This document shows, one piece after another, positions 18,279 to 27,954 of a stretch of 64,000 bases of DNA. The notes beneath the pieces are model-generated. The model did not search any database. It worked only from the letters and a program-made list of their open reading frames with translations, and had not been told where the DNA came from. The stretch is from Blastocatellia bacterium (GTDB taxonomy: Bacteria > Acidobacteriota > Blastocatellia > Chloracidobacteriales > JADJPF01): positions 88,722-152,721 of the forward strand of contig JANWYG010000008.1 of NCBI GenBank assembly GCA_025057015.1. The letters are read 5' to 3'. Every line of letters begins with the position of its first letter. Positions within the stretch are counted from its first letter, which is position 1. The position numbers were made by a program, and so were the translations under genes.

Positions 18279-19236
18279 AGTGATGGCCTTCTTTAGAAGC
18301 TAACCATCTTTCGGCAGAAATCGCAGCCATGCAGCCGAAGCCGGCCGCCGTAACTGCTTGTCTATAATGCTTGTCATGAACATCTCCTGCGGCAAAGACT
18401 CCTTCGATATTGGTTTCTACGTTGTTGCGTGTGATGATATAGCCTTGTTCATCTAAGTCTATGATTCCTTTGACAAAATCTGTCATAGGCTGGTGTCCTA
18501 TAGCTACGAATACGCCACGTATCGGCTGTAATTTTTCCTCGCCGGTGATGGTATTCTTTATGCGCACGGCTTCTAATGAGTCGCTGCCAAGATATTCGAC
18601 GATCGTCGAATTCCACAGGAATTCAATTTTGGGATTTGACATAGCACGTAGTTGCATTACTTTGCTTGCCCTTAGTTTATCTCTGCGGTGTACTATCGTG
18701 ACTTTAGCTGCGAATTTAGTCAGGAAAAGTGCTTCTTCCATGGCGGTATCGCCTCCACCTACGACGATGAGGTGAGAGTTACGAAAGTAGGGAAGGGGCC
18801 CGTCGCAGGTAGCGCAAGCCGAAACACCGCCCTTTGCTCTGAATTCTTCTTCTCCGGGAACACCGAGCCATTTTGCTCTTGCTCCCATAGCAAGTATGAC
18901 CGATTTAGCCGTGAACCACTCTTGCCCGACAAGAAGTCGGAACGGGCCACCTTGGGGAAAATCTGCTTGTGTAGCTTCAGCATTGAGGATTTCTGTTCCG
19001 AAGCGCTTTGCTTGCTCAAAGAAGCGGTGCATCATTTCCGGCCCCTGAATTCCTTCCGGAAAGCCGGGATAGTTTTCGACGTCTGTTGTAAGCATCAGTT
19101 GTCCACCGGGTAAGGTAGTGTGTCGGACTTCGCCGGCTGCTACTAGAGGATTTAGTCCTGCCCTTGCAGCGTATATAGCTGCCGTGAGTCCAGCAGGGCC
19201 TGAACCTACTATTATTATTTCTCTCTGCTTTTCCAT
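18277..19236 (-). CDS. trxB: thioredoxin-disulfide reductase
   Basis: 319 aa. GSGPAGLTAAIYAAR FAD motif, redox-active CATCDG, NADPH motif VVGGGDTAMEEA. Confidence 0.95.
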   Translation of the reverse strand: MEKQREIIIVGSGPAGLTAAIYAARAGLNPLVAAGEVRHTTLPGGQLMLTTDVENYPGFPEGIQGPEMMHRFFEQAKRFGTEILNAEATQADFPQGGPFRLLVGQEWFTAKSVILAMGARAKWLGVPGEEEFRAKGGVSACATCDGPLPYFRNSHLIVVGGGDTAMEEALFLTKFAAKVTIVHRRDKLRASKVMQLRAMSNPKIEFLWNSTIVEYLGSDSLEAVRIKNTITGEEKLQPIRGVFVAIGHQPMTDFVKGIIDLDEQGYIITRNNVETNIEGVFAAGDVHDKHYRQAVTAAGFGCMAAISAERWLASKEGHH

Positions 19237-19245
19237 CTGAGCTCC

Positions 19246-19680
19246 TTAGCCAAAAAGTGGTGGTGGTACTACACCAGCGATCCTAATATAAGTGTACAGT
19301 TGACCTCTATGGTGTATTTCATGTTCTAGCATGGTGTAAAGTAACATCTTCTTCTGCAACGTCTTAGGGCCTAGCGTAACAGACTCCTCGAGTGTTTTGT
19401 CATCGAGAGTTGCAACAATTTCCTTAGCAGCTTCATGAATCCTGTCAAACTCGGCCACTAGCTCTTGCGCTGAGTTTTTGTTCTCTAGGTCAGTGTTTAT
19501 CTTTATTCCTGAAACAAGCTCTACTATGAGCGCTTCTGCACTTGGCAGGTGGCGCATTAGCTCGCCCAAGGTCATAGCACTTTCTACTGGTCGCCAGTCA
19601 AATTTTTCTGCTGGAGCTACGGCCATCACCTTTGTAGACTGTGCATGTATTCGATCCCAATTATTGAAGAAGTCTTGCAT
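19246..19680 (-). CDS. DinB-family (four-helix bundle metalloenzyme-like) protein
   Basis: 144 aa. C-terminal HEIHHRGQL is typical of the DinB/YfiT superfamily. Confidence 0.7.
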   Translation of the reverse strand: MQDFFNNWDRIHAQSTKVMAVAPAEKFDWRPVESAMTLGELMRHLPSAEALIVELVSGIKINTDLENKNSAQELVAEFDRIHEAAKEIVATLDDKTLEESVTLGPKTLQKKMLLYTMLEHEIHHRGQLYTYIRIAGVVPPPLFG

Positions 19681-19682
19681 GT

Positions 19683-20087
19683 TTATCCTCCGTTATTTTT
19701 TTCTGTCCTTTTGAGGAATTCTCTGAATCGCTCCTCTTCTACTGATTCATTCATATATTCCTTGATAGTAGCTTGAAAAGTTGCCCGCATGTCTATCAGT
19801 GCTAGTACTATCAGAGCGAAAGCCATAAGTATACAGGAAAGCCAGTAGATACCAAAAAACCAAGGTCTATCTATAAAGAAGGCTTTATTGGTATAGCCAA
19901 AATATGTCATTGCGAGGATGCATACAAGTACAAAAGAACAGAGTATTCGGCGCACCAATCTTTTCTTGGTAACCGTTGGGTCGGTTTGTCTGTTTACTTT
20001 TGCCAGGAAATATCTTCGTACTTCGTGACGAACTAGGAGAAAGACTATCAAAAGTGAGGCCAGAAAGAGCAGATCTAGTTTCCACAT
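19683..20087 (-). CDS. hypothetical membrane protein
   Basis: 134 aa with 3-4 hydrophobic helices. Stop lies 2 nt before the DinB-like gene start. No recognised family. Confidence 0.5.
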   Translation of the reverse strand: MWKLDLLFLASLLIVFLLVRHEVRRYFLAKVNRQTDPTVTKKRLVRRILCSFVLVCILAMTYFGYTNKAFFIDRPWFFGIYWLSCILMAFALIVLALIDMRATFQATIKEYMNESVEEERFREFLKRTEKNNGG

Positions 20088-20116
20088 TTGCGGCTAGTAT
20101 AACTAGCGCGCAGGTT

Positions 20117-20159
20117 AAACAAAAGAGGATTGTGCAACATGCACGACCCTCTTTTGTTT
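20117..20159 (-). terminator. putative intrinsic terminator downstream of the OmpA-family gene
   Basis: Perfect 12-bp inverted repeat AAACAAAAGAGG (20117-20128) / CCTCTTTTGTTT (20148-20159) with a 19-nt loop. The 3' arm on the minus strand ends in a U-rich run. Begins 8 nt after the stop at 20167. Confidence 0.5.
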
Positions 20160-20166
20160 GAGTAGT

Positions 20167-22314
20167 TTACTGAGGTCTTGTAGCACCTTGCGGGACGATG
20201 TGGATTGTTACTCGGCGATTCATCTTGCGGTCGCCAGACTCATGTGGGCGAGTGTCATCATAGGAGCGTATCTCAACACGATTGATATCGACTTTGCGTT
20301 CGTTGACTAGGTAGTCTCGTACGCGTTCAGCTCGGCGGCGAGCTGTGCCCTTCTTCTCGCCTTTATCGGAGTGGCCATCAAGAATGAGTGTTGCAGATGG
20401 ATCGCTTTGCAGCCTTGAGGCGACATCGTCAAGGACTCGCTTACAGGCATTATCTGGGCGGGTATCGTTTGCTGTGCGATAGGTGCTGCAAGCGGTAGTG
20501 AATACGGATGGAAGCTTCGGCTTAGGCGTAATCGTTACAGTGATGCTTTCCGTAGCTGGGCATTGGCCATCGGTGACGCTTACCTTAACGGTGATCTGGC
20601 CGGCTGATAGACCTGTCGTATCGAGCTTCTTAGAAGTATCTGTACCGGTTAAAGATCCTTTAGAGGTGGTCCAGCTGTACTGCAGTTTGTCGCCGTCAGG
20701 ATCGTCACCAGTTGCCGTGAAGACGAAAGACTGATCACTGCCCTCTTGTATAGACGTAGTTGAAGCTTTCAAGCTTACCGTCGGGCAGCGATTGGCTTTC
20801 TCTACGGTGACTACGCGGGAATCGGTAGCTTTGTTATTGCATACGTCGGTGGCAGTGACTGTGATGCGGTAGTCTCCTGGAGCTAGGCCGGTGCTGTTCC
20901 AGCTGACGCTGTTGCCGGTACCGCTGATACTTCCACCGGAGGCTTCCCAAGAATAGGTTAATTGATCATTATCAGGATCGGTTACGGAAGCTGTTAAAGA
21001 GACACTCTCGCCGGAACGCTCTTTTACGGCTAGTTTGTTAGCGCTCAAGCTGATCGAAGGGCCGCGGTTTGCTGCACAGGGGTCTTTTGCTGGAGCTGCG
21101 GCTACCTTACGGTACCCTAGAGTTAGGTTGGCGACAAAACCGTGGTAATCAGCAGTAGGCCGATTTTGGCCTGGGCGAAGCCTGTTGCGTAATGCTTCGC
21201 GCTCTGCGCCAGAGTTATTTAGCAAGTAGCGGTAGCCTCCGCCGAAGGACATCATGAACTTGCTGTTGGTGCGCTTGCCAAAGGGATAGAAACGTGCTCC
21301 GACGACGAATTCGAACGGATCGATTCTGTCGAGTGAGGGTGTATGTGCCGCCACGTAGCGCGTCCAAGTTGTTTCGCCTATGACCTGGAAGTAGTTAGTA
21401 AAAGGTACATCGATGCCAGCAGAGAGTATCAGCTCATCAGATCTATCTAGCAGTTCAAATCCTCGTGTTTCAGGATCGCCATTGTGCATGTAGCCTACGT
21501 TGAGGTGCGTACTTACTATGCCGAAGCGAGGGCTGATTACGAGGAAGCCACCAAAATCGTTCGTTCCAGCACCTGCACCTCGTACAAGCCGTCCGCCAAA
21601 AGCGTCATCTACTAGCTTGCCGGCAAATATAGTGGGTATACGTGCTAGTATCACAGCTGCCACGCCTACGCGGGCATCATGGCTAGTGAAGCGAATTTTG
21701 CCGCCGGCGGTAACGTTGCCAAGCGTATGTCCCCCTCTGCCAAAGAATGGATAGTTATTCAGGTATCCCGGCAGCCGACCTACGAACTTTGTAGTAGTAC
21801 CATCAACTACTCTAAAACCGCCACTTTGCGGCAGACCTGGAAGTATTCCGCCCACTAATGCTCCGCTGACGTTTGAGCCAGCCAGTGGGAAGAACCCTGG
21901 ACCATCTCTTTCAGTGCCGCCTATAGGGCCGAAATCGAACGTAGAACGCTGTTGCTGCGAGAGCTTAGGAAAGAGCGAGCCGCTTAGCTCAAAAAGAGCG
22001 CCGCTTGTAAGCTTTTGGTCAGCATCTACGTTGACAAACAGTTCGATATTGTCTGTAACTCCTATGGCAAAATTGACCGGTAGGGTCATTATGTCTACAT
22101 CTCCCGGATCGCGGTCAAAGTTGTTTGCAAAGAATCCGAAGTTATATTCGGTTTTTCTCAGCGTTGAAGCGTCATACACGGTGAACAGGCCCGTAGCACC
22201 AGTCACGGTTGGGGCTGTAGTACGACGTTGCTCACGCTCTGTCTCCTGAGCGGTGACGACAAATGCCAGCAGCAAGATCAGCGGTAAAGCGCTTATCGTT
22301 CTCGCCAGCTTCAT
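20167..22314 (-). CDS. OmpA-family outer-membrane protein with an N-terminal beta-rich domain and two PKD/Ig-like repeats
   Basis: 715 aa. Signal peptide MKLARTISALPLILLLAFVVTAQ. Two ~87-aa repeats (nt 20797-21060 and 20524-20784) share ...DPD.D.L.YSW..S.GS..GT... C-terminal OmpA_C motif LILDGHSD...RRAERVRDYL...NRRVTI. Confidence 0.85.
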   Translation of the reverse strand: MKLARTISALPLILLLAFVVTAQETEREQRRTTAPTVTGATGLFTVYDASTLRKTEYNFGFFANNFDRDPGDVDIMTLPVNFAIGVTDNIELFVNVDADQKLTSGALFELSGSLFPKLSQQQRSTFDFGPIGGTERDGPGFFPLAGSNVSGALVGGILPGLPQSGGFRVVDGTTTKFVGRLPGYLNNYPFFGRGGHTLGNVTAGGKIRFTSHDARVGVAAVILARIPTIFAGKLVDDAFGGRLVRGAGAGTNDFGGFLVISPRFGIVSTHLNVGYMHNGDPETRGFELLDRSDELILSAGIDVPFTNYFQVIGETTWTRYVAAHTPSLDRIDPFEFVVGARFYPFGKRTNSKFMMSFGGGYRYLLNNSGAEREALRNRLRPGQNRPTADYHGFVANLTLGYRKVAAAPAKDPCAANRGPSISLSANKLAVKERSGESVSLTASVTDPDNDQLTYSWEASGGSISGTGNSVSWNSTGLAPGDYRITVTATDVCNNKATDSRVVTVEKANRCPTVSLKASTTSIQEGSDQSFVFTATGDDPDGDKLQYSWTTSKGSLTGTDTSKKLDTTGLSAGQITVKVSVTDGQCPATESITVTITPKPKLPSVFTTACSTYRTANDTRPDNACKRVLDDVASRLQSDPSATLILDGHSDKGEKKGTARRRAERVRDYLVNERKVDINRVEIRSYDDTRPHESGDRKMNRRVTIHIVPQGATRPQ

Positions 22315-22479
22315 AATTTCCTCCTCCCTGTACCCTCGTTTTCAGCCGGTTTGCCGAGATTCTGCAAGAGCGAATTAAACCAGCACAGTATTATACACGC
22401 TTGACTGTATAGTCAACACAACTAGCCTCTTACACTTGGAATCCGAGATGGATTTTTCAAGTACTTATGTGAAGGTTTT

Positions 22480-23763
22480 TCAGGCATATATACCGCGCAG
22501 TTTTAGGTCATATGCGACGCGGTCAATAGCCAGCATATATGCCGCTATCCTCATATTCACGCCGTGTTTCTCTGCGTAACGATTAACTGACCAGAAGCTT
22601 TCTACCATCGTGTCCTTAAGCCTTGAGTTAACTTCATCTTCGCGCCAGAAGAAGCCCATACGGTCTTGTACCCACTCAAAGTAGCTAACTGTTACACCGC
22701 CGGCGTTAGCTAAGATGTCTGGGATTACGTAAATCCCTTTGTCATAAAGTATCTGGTCGGCTGCTGCTGTCGTCGGGCCGTTTGCTCCTTCACTTAGGAT
22801 CTTGCATTTGATCTTGTCAGCATTTGCCGAAGTAATCTGGTTTTCCGTAGCTGCGGGAACAAGGACATCGCATTCGAGTTCCAGTAGCTCGGCGTTAGTG
22901 ATAAAGTCAGCTTCTTTGTAGCCTTCGTAAGTCTTGTTCTGCTTAAGGTATTCTAGAGCATCGTTTACATCTATCCCGTTGGGATTGTATATACCGCCCT
23001 TGATTTCAGAAATGGCTATTATCTTGTAGCCTTCTTTTTGCATAAGCTGTGCCCCTATGCCGCCTACGTTCCCAGAACCTTGTACGACGACGCGGGTTTT
23101 GGAGATATCCATGTTAAATTTCTTGCAGGCTTCGTTAGTAACAAATAAAATGCCTCGGCCTGTAGCTTCACGCCTTCCACGAGATCCGCCTATCTCTATC
23201 GGCTTACCAGTAACTACGGCGGTGACTGTGTGACGTGCATGCATAGAGAACGTGTCCATTATCCAAGCCATCACTTGTTCGTTGGTATTCATATCTGGTG
23301 CTGGTACATCCTTTTCCGGCCCGAGGAAGTCCAGTAGCTCAGCCGTATAGCGGCGTGTCATGCGCTCTAGCTCTCCTATAGACATCTTTTGTGGATCACA
23401 AACGATACCACCCTTAGCACCTCCAAAGGGTACGTTGACTACGGCACACTTCCAAGTCATCCAAGCTGCTAGGGCACGAACTTCATCAAGTGACACGTCT
23501 GGAGCGTAGCGTATACCGCCCTTGGCAGGACCGCGTACAAAACTGTGTTGTACTCTATAGCCAGTAAATACCTCTATTCGCCCATCATCCATAAAAGTCG
23601 GTATGTAGACGGTGATCTCACGGCTAGGCGAGCGAAGTATCTTGTAGATGTTCGGGTCCAAGTTGATCAGCCTTGCGGCTTCATCAAATCTAGACATCAT
23701 TGATTCAAAAGGATTTGTTTCCTTAAATGACATCGCATCGTCGGCGTAAGGATGGGTTGTCAT
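22480..23763 (-). CDS. gdhA: glutamate dehydrogenase (Glu/Leu/Phe/Val dehydrogenase family)
   Basis: [10 protein letters not shown] catalytic-Lys motif and GSGNVG NAD(P) motif. The ATG at 23763 has a GTGAGGT RBS. The track start 23832 is a TTG without an RBS. Confidence 0.9.
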   Translation of the reverse strand: MTTHPYADDAMSFKETNPFESMMSRFDEAARLINLDPNIYKILRSPSREITVYIPTFMDDGRIEVFTGYRVQHSFVRGPAKGGIRYAPDVSLDEVRALAAWMTWKCAVVNVPFGGAKGGIVCDPQKMSIGELERMTRRYTAELLDFLGPEKDVPAPDMNTNEQVMAWIMDTFSMHARHTVTAVVTGKPIEIGGSRGRREATGRGILFVTNEACKKFNMDISKTRVVVQGSGNVGGIGAQLMQKEGYKIIAISEIKGGIYNPNGIDVNDALEYLKQNKTYEGYKEADFITNAELLELECDVLVPAATENQITSANADKIKCKILSEGANGPTTAAADQILYDKGIYVIPDILANAGGVTVSYFEWVQDRMGFFWREDEVNSRLKDTMVESFWSVNRYAEKHGVNMRIAAYMLAIDRVAYDLKLRGIYA

Positions 23764-23834
23764 AAGCTTAACCTCACTTAAATCAGTTCCTTGAGTAGCG
23801 GCTATTATACAAATCGTCTTAAAAAGAGGCAAAC

Positions 23835-24773
23835 TTAAGAATTCGATGCTTGTAATATTTCTTTGATTTCAGGAACATTGCCTTCCCATACCTTCCTTGT
23901 TTCTCCATTCCTAAGCAAGAAGAGCCTTGGTGTCATGCCGTTTCCCAACAACTTCAGGAATTCGGCCTCAGTAATTCGCCCGATAGGAAACTCAGCGTTG
24001 AAGTCCTTCCGAAACTTCGTTACTTCTTGTTCGGTATTAAGGCACAAAGCTAAGAGTGGCAATGATTGTCTGAACAAGGTGTTTAGTGCAGGTACGGCAG
24101 CTTGACAGTGGTCACAACCTGTATCTATCAGCACTACTAGATGAGTACCAGTTGAGAAGTCTGGCCTTTCTGATAAACCCTCTATCTTTAGTCCGTCGAA
24201 GATAGACTTTGTCTTAATCTGCAACTTGACCTCGGAAGCTGCTTTTGAGTTTTCATAAACTGCGAAGCTAAGTCCGCTAAGAGTAATTAGCGTGACGGCA
24301 GCATAGCGCTGCACTTGTAGCGTTGAGGTTTCTTCTCGGTCAAGTATATACGCCACAAGCATCCCAAAGATTAGGACAAGGTCCTCAACTAATGCTTCGG
24401 CAGGACTGCGCTTTACCGCCGTACCAAAGCAGCCACAATCTTCAGCAGAGCCTGTTACCCAAGCCCACAGCAAAGCTACGCAGAAGGCGACGAAAAGACC
24501 GAAAGTTGCGGGTAAAAAGATTTTTCTCTTAAGCCCTACCAGTAAGGCCGCACCGAACAGGTACTCTAGTACTATGAATATCCAAGCGAGTATCAGAGTT
24601 ATCTTGAGTGAAGTGATAATTCCAAAGGCTGCTATCTGCCTGCTGAAGTAGGCTGTGTCCCAAGACTTGGTATAAGCTGCATATATGAGTATGCTACCTA
24701 CTATGCATTCGAGACTGCGAGCAAGAATCTTGCGCCATCCTTTTATGTTCTGTGTTACTAAATTTGCCTGCAT
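23835..24773 (-). CDS. MauE/DoxX-like membrane domain fused to a thioredoxin-like (TlpA-type) domain
   Basis: 312 aa. Four or five N-terminal TM helices with a CGCFG motif, then a C-terminal domain with a CDHC redox motif ([12 protein letters not shown]). Confidence 0.65.
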   Translation of the reverse strand: MQANLVTQNIKGWRKILARSLECIVGSILIYAAYTKSWDTAYFSRQIAAFGIITSLKITLILAWIFIVLEYLFGAALLVGLKRKIFLPATFGLFVAFCVALLWAWVTGSAEDCGCFGTAVKRSPAEALVEDLVLIFGMLVAYILDREETSTLQVQRYAAVTLITLSGLSFAVYENSKAASEVKLQIKTKSIFDGLKIEGLSERPDFSTGTHLVVLIDTGCDHCQAAVPALNTLFRQSLPLLALCLNTEQEVTKFRKDFNAEFPIGRITEAEFLKLLGNGMTPRLFLLRNGETRKVWEGNVPEIKEILQASNS

Positions 24774-24830
24774 ACGCTACAGACTAACATACCAGAGTTT
24801 TTCTGATAAGTACGTTTTGGAGATAAGGAA

Positions 24831-25805
24831 TTACCGAGATTCGGATAGAAAACAGGCAACCGAATGATCTTTGCCAGCTAGAGTCGGTTGTAAGCTGCGG
24901 CATTTGTCGAATGCATATGGACAGCGGGGATGGAAGTGACATCCAGGAGGCATAAAGAAAGGCTCGGGTGGTTCGCCTCGCAGCTTTATCCTTTCGCTTC
25001 TTGCCTTTGGATCTGGCGCTGGTAGCGCAGAGATAAGTGCCTGTGTGTATGGATGCTGTGGGCGTTCATATACCTCGGCTGCAGGACCAAGCTCTACTAT
25101 CTTGCCTAGGTACATAACGGCTATTCGGTCGCTTATATATCTTACCGCACGCAGATCATGAGATATGAACAGAAAGGCTATGCCAAGCTTCTTTTGAAGC
25201 TCTTTTAGCAGGTTTATTATCTGAGCTTGTACTGATACGTCGAGTGCTGCTATGGGCTCGTCAGCTACGATAAATTCTGGTCTTAGTGCTAGAGCTCGGG
25301 CTATACCTATGCGTTGGCGTTGTCCACCGGAAAATTCATGTGGATAACGATCGATATGCTCTGGAGCTAGTCCTACTTCTTCCATCAGCTGCTCTACTTG
25401 TTTTCTGAGTTCTTTATTGCGCTTTGCACCAAAATTCAGCAGTGGCTCGGCTATGATGTCACCTACGGTCATTCTAGGATTAAGCGAAGAGTAGGGATTT
25501 TGGAAGATTATTTGCAGGTGACGTCTGTAGGGTCTCAATTCGCTTTCGCTAAGCGATGCTAGGTCTTTGCCTTTGTAGAGAATCTTTCCCGAGGTCGGTT
25601 TGATAAGCCTTAGCATAGCTCGACCAGTAGTAGATTTGCCGCTGCCAGACTCACCGACTAGGCCTAGTATTTCTCCTGTCCTGATATCGAACGAGATATT
25701 ATCTACTGCCTTGATTAGTTTTTCTTTGCCGAAGAGTCTCGCAATCAAACCAGATTCTTTCGTAAAGTACACCTTTAGCTGCTGTAGCTCTATAAGTGCA
25801 GTCAT
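24831..25805 (-). CDS. oligopeptide/dipeptide-type ABC transporter ATP-binding protein (OppF/DppF-like)
   Basis: Walker A GESGSGKST, signature FSGGQRQR, Walker B FIVADEP, C-terminal cysteine-rich oligo_HPY tail. The start at 25805 forms an ATGA overlap with the upstream gene. The track N-terminal extension is rejected. Confidence 0.85.
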   Translation of the reverse strand: MTALIELQQLKVYFTKESGLIARLFGKEKLIKAVDNISFDIRTGEILGLVGESGSGKSTTGRAMLRLIKPTSGKILYKGKDLASLSESELRPYRRHLQIIFQNPYSSLNPRMTVGDIIAEPLLNFGAKRNKELRKQVEQLMEEVGLAPEHIDRYPHEFSGGQRQRIGIARALALRPEFIVADEPIAALDVSVQAQIINLLKELQKKLGIAFLFISHDLRAVRYISDRIAVMYLGKIVELGPAAEVYERPQHPYTQALISALPAPDPKARSERIKLRGEPPEPFFMPPGCHFHPRCPYAFDKCRSLQPTLAGKDHSVACFLSESR

Positions 25806-26740
25806 CGGTTTAACCAACAGACGTAATAGTAGCTGCTGTCCAACTGGCGCAAGGGAGGGGGAGTCTGGCTGCATCTTGGCTCGGCGTAGGGACATCTCGG
25901 AGCAAAGGCACATCCCGGCGGAAGGTTGGACAAGCTCGGTGGTTGCCCGCCTATTTGAAACAGCTTCGTCGTTCTATTTGGATCGGGTATAGATTTGAGC
26001 AAACCTTCTGTATACGGATGCAGAGGGTTGGAAAATAAGTCTGCTGTGGGTCTATACTCGACTATTCGTCCAGCATACATTACTGCCACGAAGTCTGTTG
26101 CAGTTGCCACTATGCCTAGGTCATGAGTTATCAGTATGAGCGAGCTGTTGGCTCTTAGCTCACTAAGTAAGTCTAGAATTTGTGCTTGTACGGTTACGTC
26201 TAGTGCCGTAGTAGGTTCGTCAGCTATGATAAGTTCGGGGTGGCAAGCGATTGCTGCTGCTATCATAACACGCTGGCGCATTCCACCTGAGAACTGGTGT
26301 GGGTAGTCGTCAGCACGGGCAGCAGGTATTCCTACCTTTTCTAAAATCTCTATAGCGGCAGCTCTAGCAGCGTTCCGGTTGAGCTGTTTATGTGTACTGA
26401 AGACTTCTGCAACCTGAGTGCTTACCCGCAGATAAGGATTGAGTGAGGTCATAGGGTCTTGGAAGATCATAGCTATGCGTTTGCCTCGCAGCTGCCTCAT
26501 TTGCTTTTCGGAGAGTTCTAACAAGTCTACTCCGTCAAAGATTATCTTCCCTCCAACTATCTTTCCCGGCGTCGGTACCAGTCTTAGGATTGATAAGCTA
26601 CAGACGGATTTACCACAACCCGACTCACCTACTATCGCAAGCGAAGCTCCCTTGGCAAGATCGAAAGATACTCCGTCTACAGCCTTGATTACTGTACTAT
26701 CAGTGTAAAAGTAGGTCTTTAGTTGCTGCACACGAAGCAT
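25802..26740 (-). CDS. oligopeptide/dipeptide-type ABC transporter ATP-binding protein (OppD/DppD-like)
   Basis: Walker A GESGCGKS, signature FSGGMRQR, Walker [19 protein letters not shown] start at 26740. The 86-aa upstream extension in the track has non-protein-like composition. Confidence 0.85.
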   Translation of the reverse strand: MLRVQQLKTYFYTDSTVIKAVDGVSFDLAKGASLAIVGESGCGKSVCSLSILRLVPTPGKIVGGKIIFDGVDLLELSEKQMRQLRGKRIAMIFQDPMTSLNPYLRVSTQVAEVFSTHKQLNRNAARAAAIEILEKVGIPAARADDYPHQFSGGMRQRVMIAAAIACHPELIIADEPTTALDVTVQAQILDLLSELRANSSLILITHDLGIVATATDFVAVMYAGRIVEYRPTADLFSNPLHPYTEGLLKSIPDPNRTTKLFQIGGQPPSLSNLPPGCAFAPRCPYAEPRCSQTPPPLRQLDSSYYYVCWLNR

Positions 26741-26829
26741 AGTAAGACTGTATATTGAAGGCTTGAGCGGAGTCAACCTACTGAGCGCACACCTGCTTGT
26801 TGTGAGGCATCGAATTGTTGGAGGTTGGG

Positions 26830-27954
26830 ATGAAAGTCTGTCTCGTTTGTCAGAAAAAGTATCCCGATAACCTGCAGTTCTGTAGCCGCGACGGCTCCTT
26901 GCTGAAAGATAGTTCCGACGCAAGCTACTGTAAGCTCTGTGATAAGTTCTACACTGCGGCAACAAGAGTGTGTCCGGTACATGGCGAGCCAATTTCACAA
27001 GTTCCCTCCGAGGGCTGGTCTAAGCGAACGAGGAAGATGGGCTCTTTTGTTCCACTTAGTCACTATGACCGCATGGTAGTCTCTAGGCTAGCCATAGCTG
27101 CTACTCTTGTGGTGGCGGTGTTTTATGGGTACTCGCTCTTTCTTACTCGTAAGAAAGCTCAGACACAGCAGCAGTTGGAAGCTGTCTCTGTTGGACAGTA
27201 CATAGATCTTGCCGAACAGCAGTCAGAAATTAATTCTGAGCCTAAGGAAGTGACGAGCTCGACCGAGCATGGATCAAGTGAGAGTAAGCTTCGACAAGAC
27301 GGTAGTCCGGTGGCGTCGACTGCGGCAACAAGCAGCAGCCAACAAGCTGCGTACGCAGCTTCTAGGATGCGGCCGGACTTGGCTTCTTTACCGGAAGTAA
27401 GCTCGATACCTTCGAAAAGTGAAAGAGCTAAACCGGATATGTTGCCAAATGAGAGCGTTAAATCAAGCCATCGGGTGAAAGTAGGAACGCAAATGCCGGC
27501 AGCAGAAACTACAGAAGCTTTATCTCGGGAGGCAACTGAAGCTTCTAGAGTAGCTGTGCCGGATGATAGCAGGCGCTCTGTTCAGTCCCAGACTGAGCGG
27601 CTACAAGCTAAGCCTCAAGTACTTATCATGAACAAGCGCAGGCAGATTCTTAAGGATGGATATGTCTATGAGTTTGATTTGTTGATCGATGAGGCATACG
27701 GGGTGCGATGGCAGTCCATATCTGGATTGAAAGTCACTTATGGGGGCCATAGTACATCGCTTAGTTCTCAAAGACTTGAGCCGACCAGTGATGGTAGGCT
27801 GCGCTGTCACGTTACAGTAAAGCTGGAGGGACAATCCGTAGAAGATCACTATGGACAGCTTTATATTACCGTTCTCGGAATAGATATCGGAAACAGGAAT
27901 ATTAGATTTGACACCGAGGTGCTCTTAGACGATAGCTTTCCTATGTCATATTGA
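26830..27954 (+). CDS. double zinc-ribbon membrane protein, unknown function
   Basis: MKVCLVCQKKY...FCSRDG...CKLCDKFY...VCPVHG, one TM helix (LAIAATLVVAVFYGYSLFL), a Ser/Ala/Glu-rich linker and a ~110-aa C-terminal beta-rich domain. GGAGG lies 6 nt before the ATG at 26830. Confidence 0.6.
   Translation: MKVCLVCQKKYPDNLQFCSRDGSLLKDSSDASYCKLCDKFYTAATRVCPVHGEPISQVPSEGWSKRTRKMGSFVPLSHYDRMVVSRLAIAATLVVAVFYGYSLFLTRKKAQTQQQLEAVSVGQYIDLAEQQSEINSEPKEVTSSTEHGSSESKLRQDGSPVASTAATSSSQQAAYAASRMRPDLASLPEVSSIPSKSERAKPDMLPNESVKSSHRVKVGTQMPAAETTEALSREATEASRVAVPDDSRRSVQSQTERLQAKPQVLIMNKRRQILKDGYVYEFDLLIDEAYGVRWQSISGLKVTYGGHSTSLSSQRLEPTSDGRLRCHVTVKLEGQSVEDHYGQLYITVLGIDIGNRNIRFDTEVLLDDSFPMSY

Noticed and set aside
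25806-26998. N-terminal extensions of the two ABC ATPase ORFs in the track (to 25913 and 26998)
   Set aside because: The extensions are Arg/Ser/Cys-rich and unlike ABC N-termini. The internal ATGs at 25805 and 26740 start right at the conserved beta-strand preceding Walker A. The 25805 start gives an ATGA coupling.
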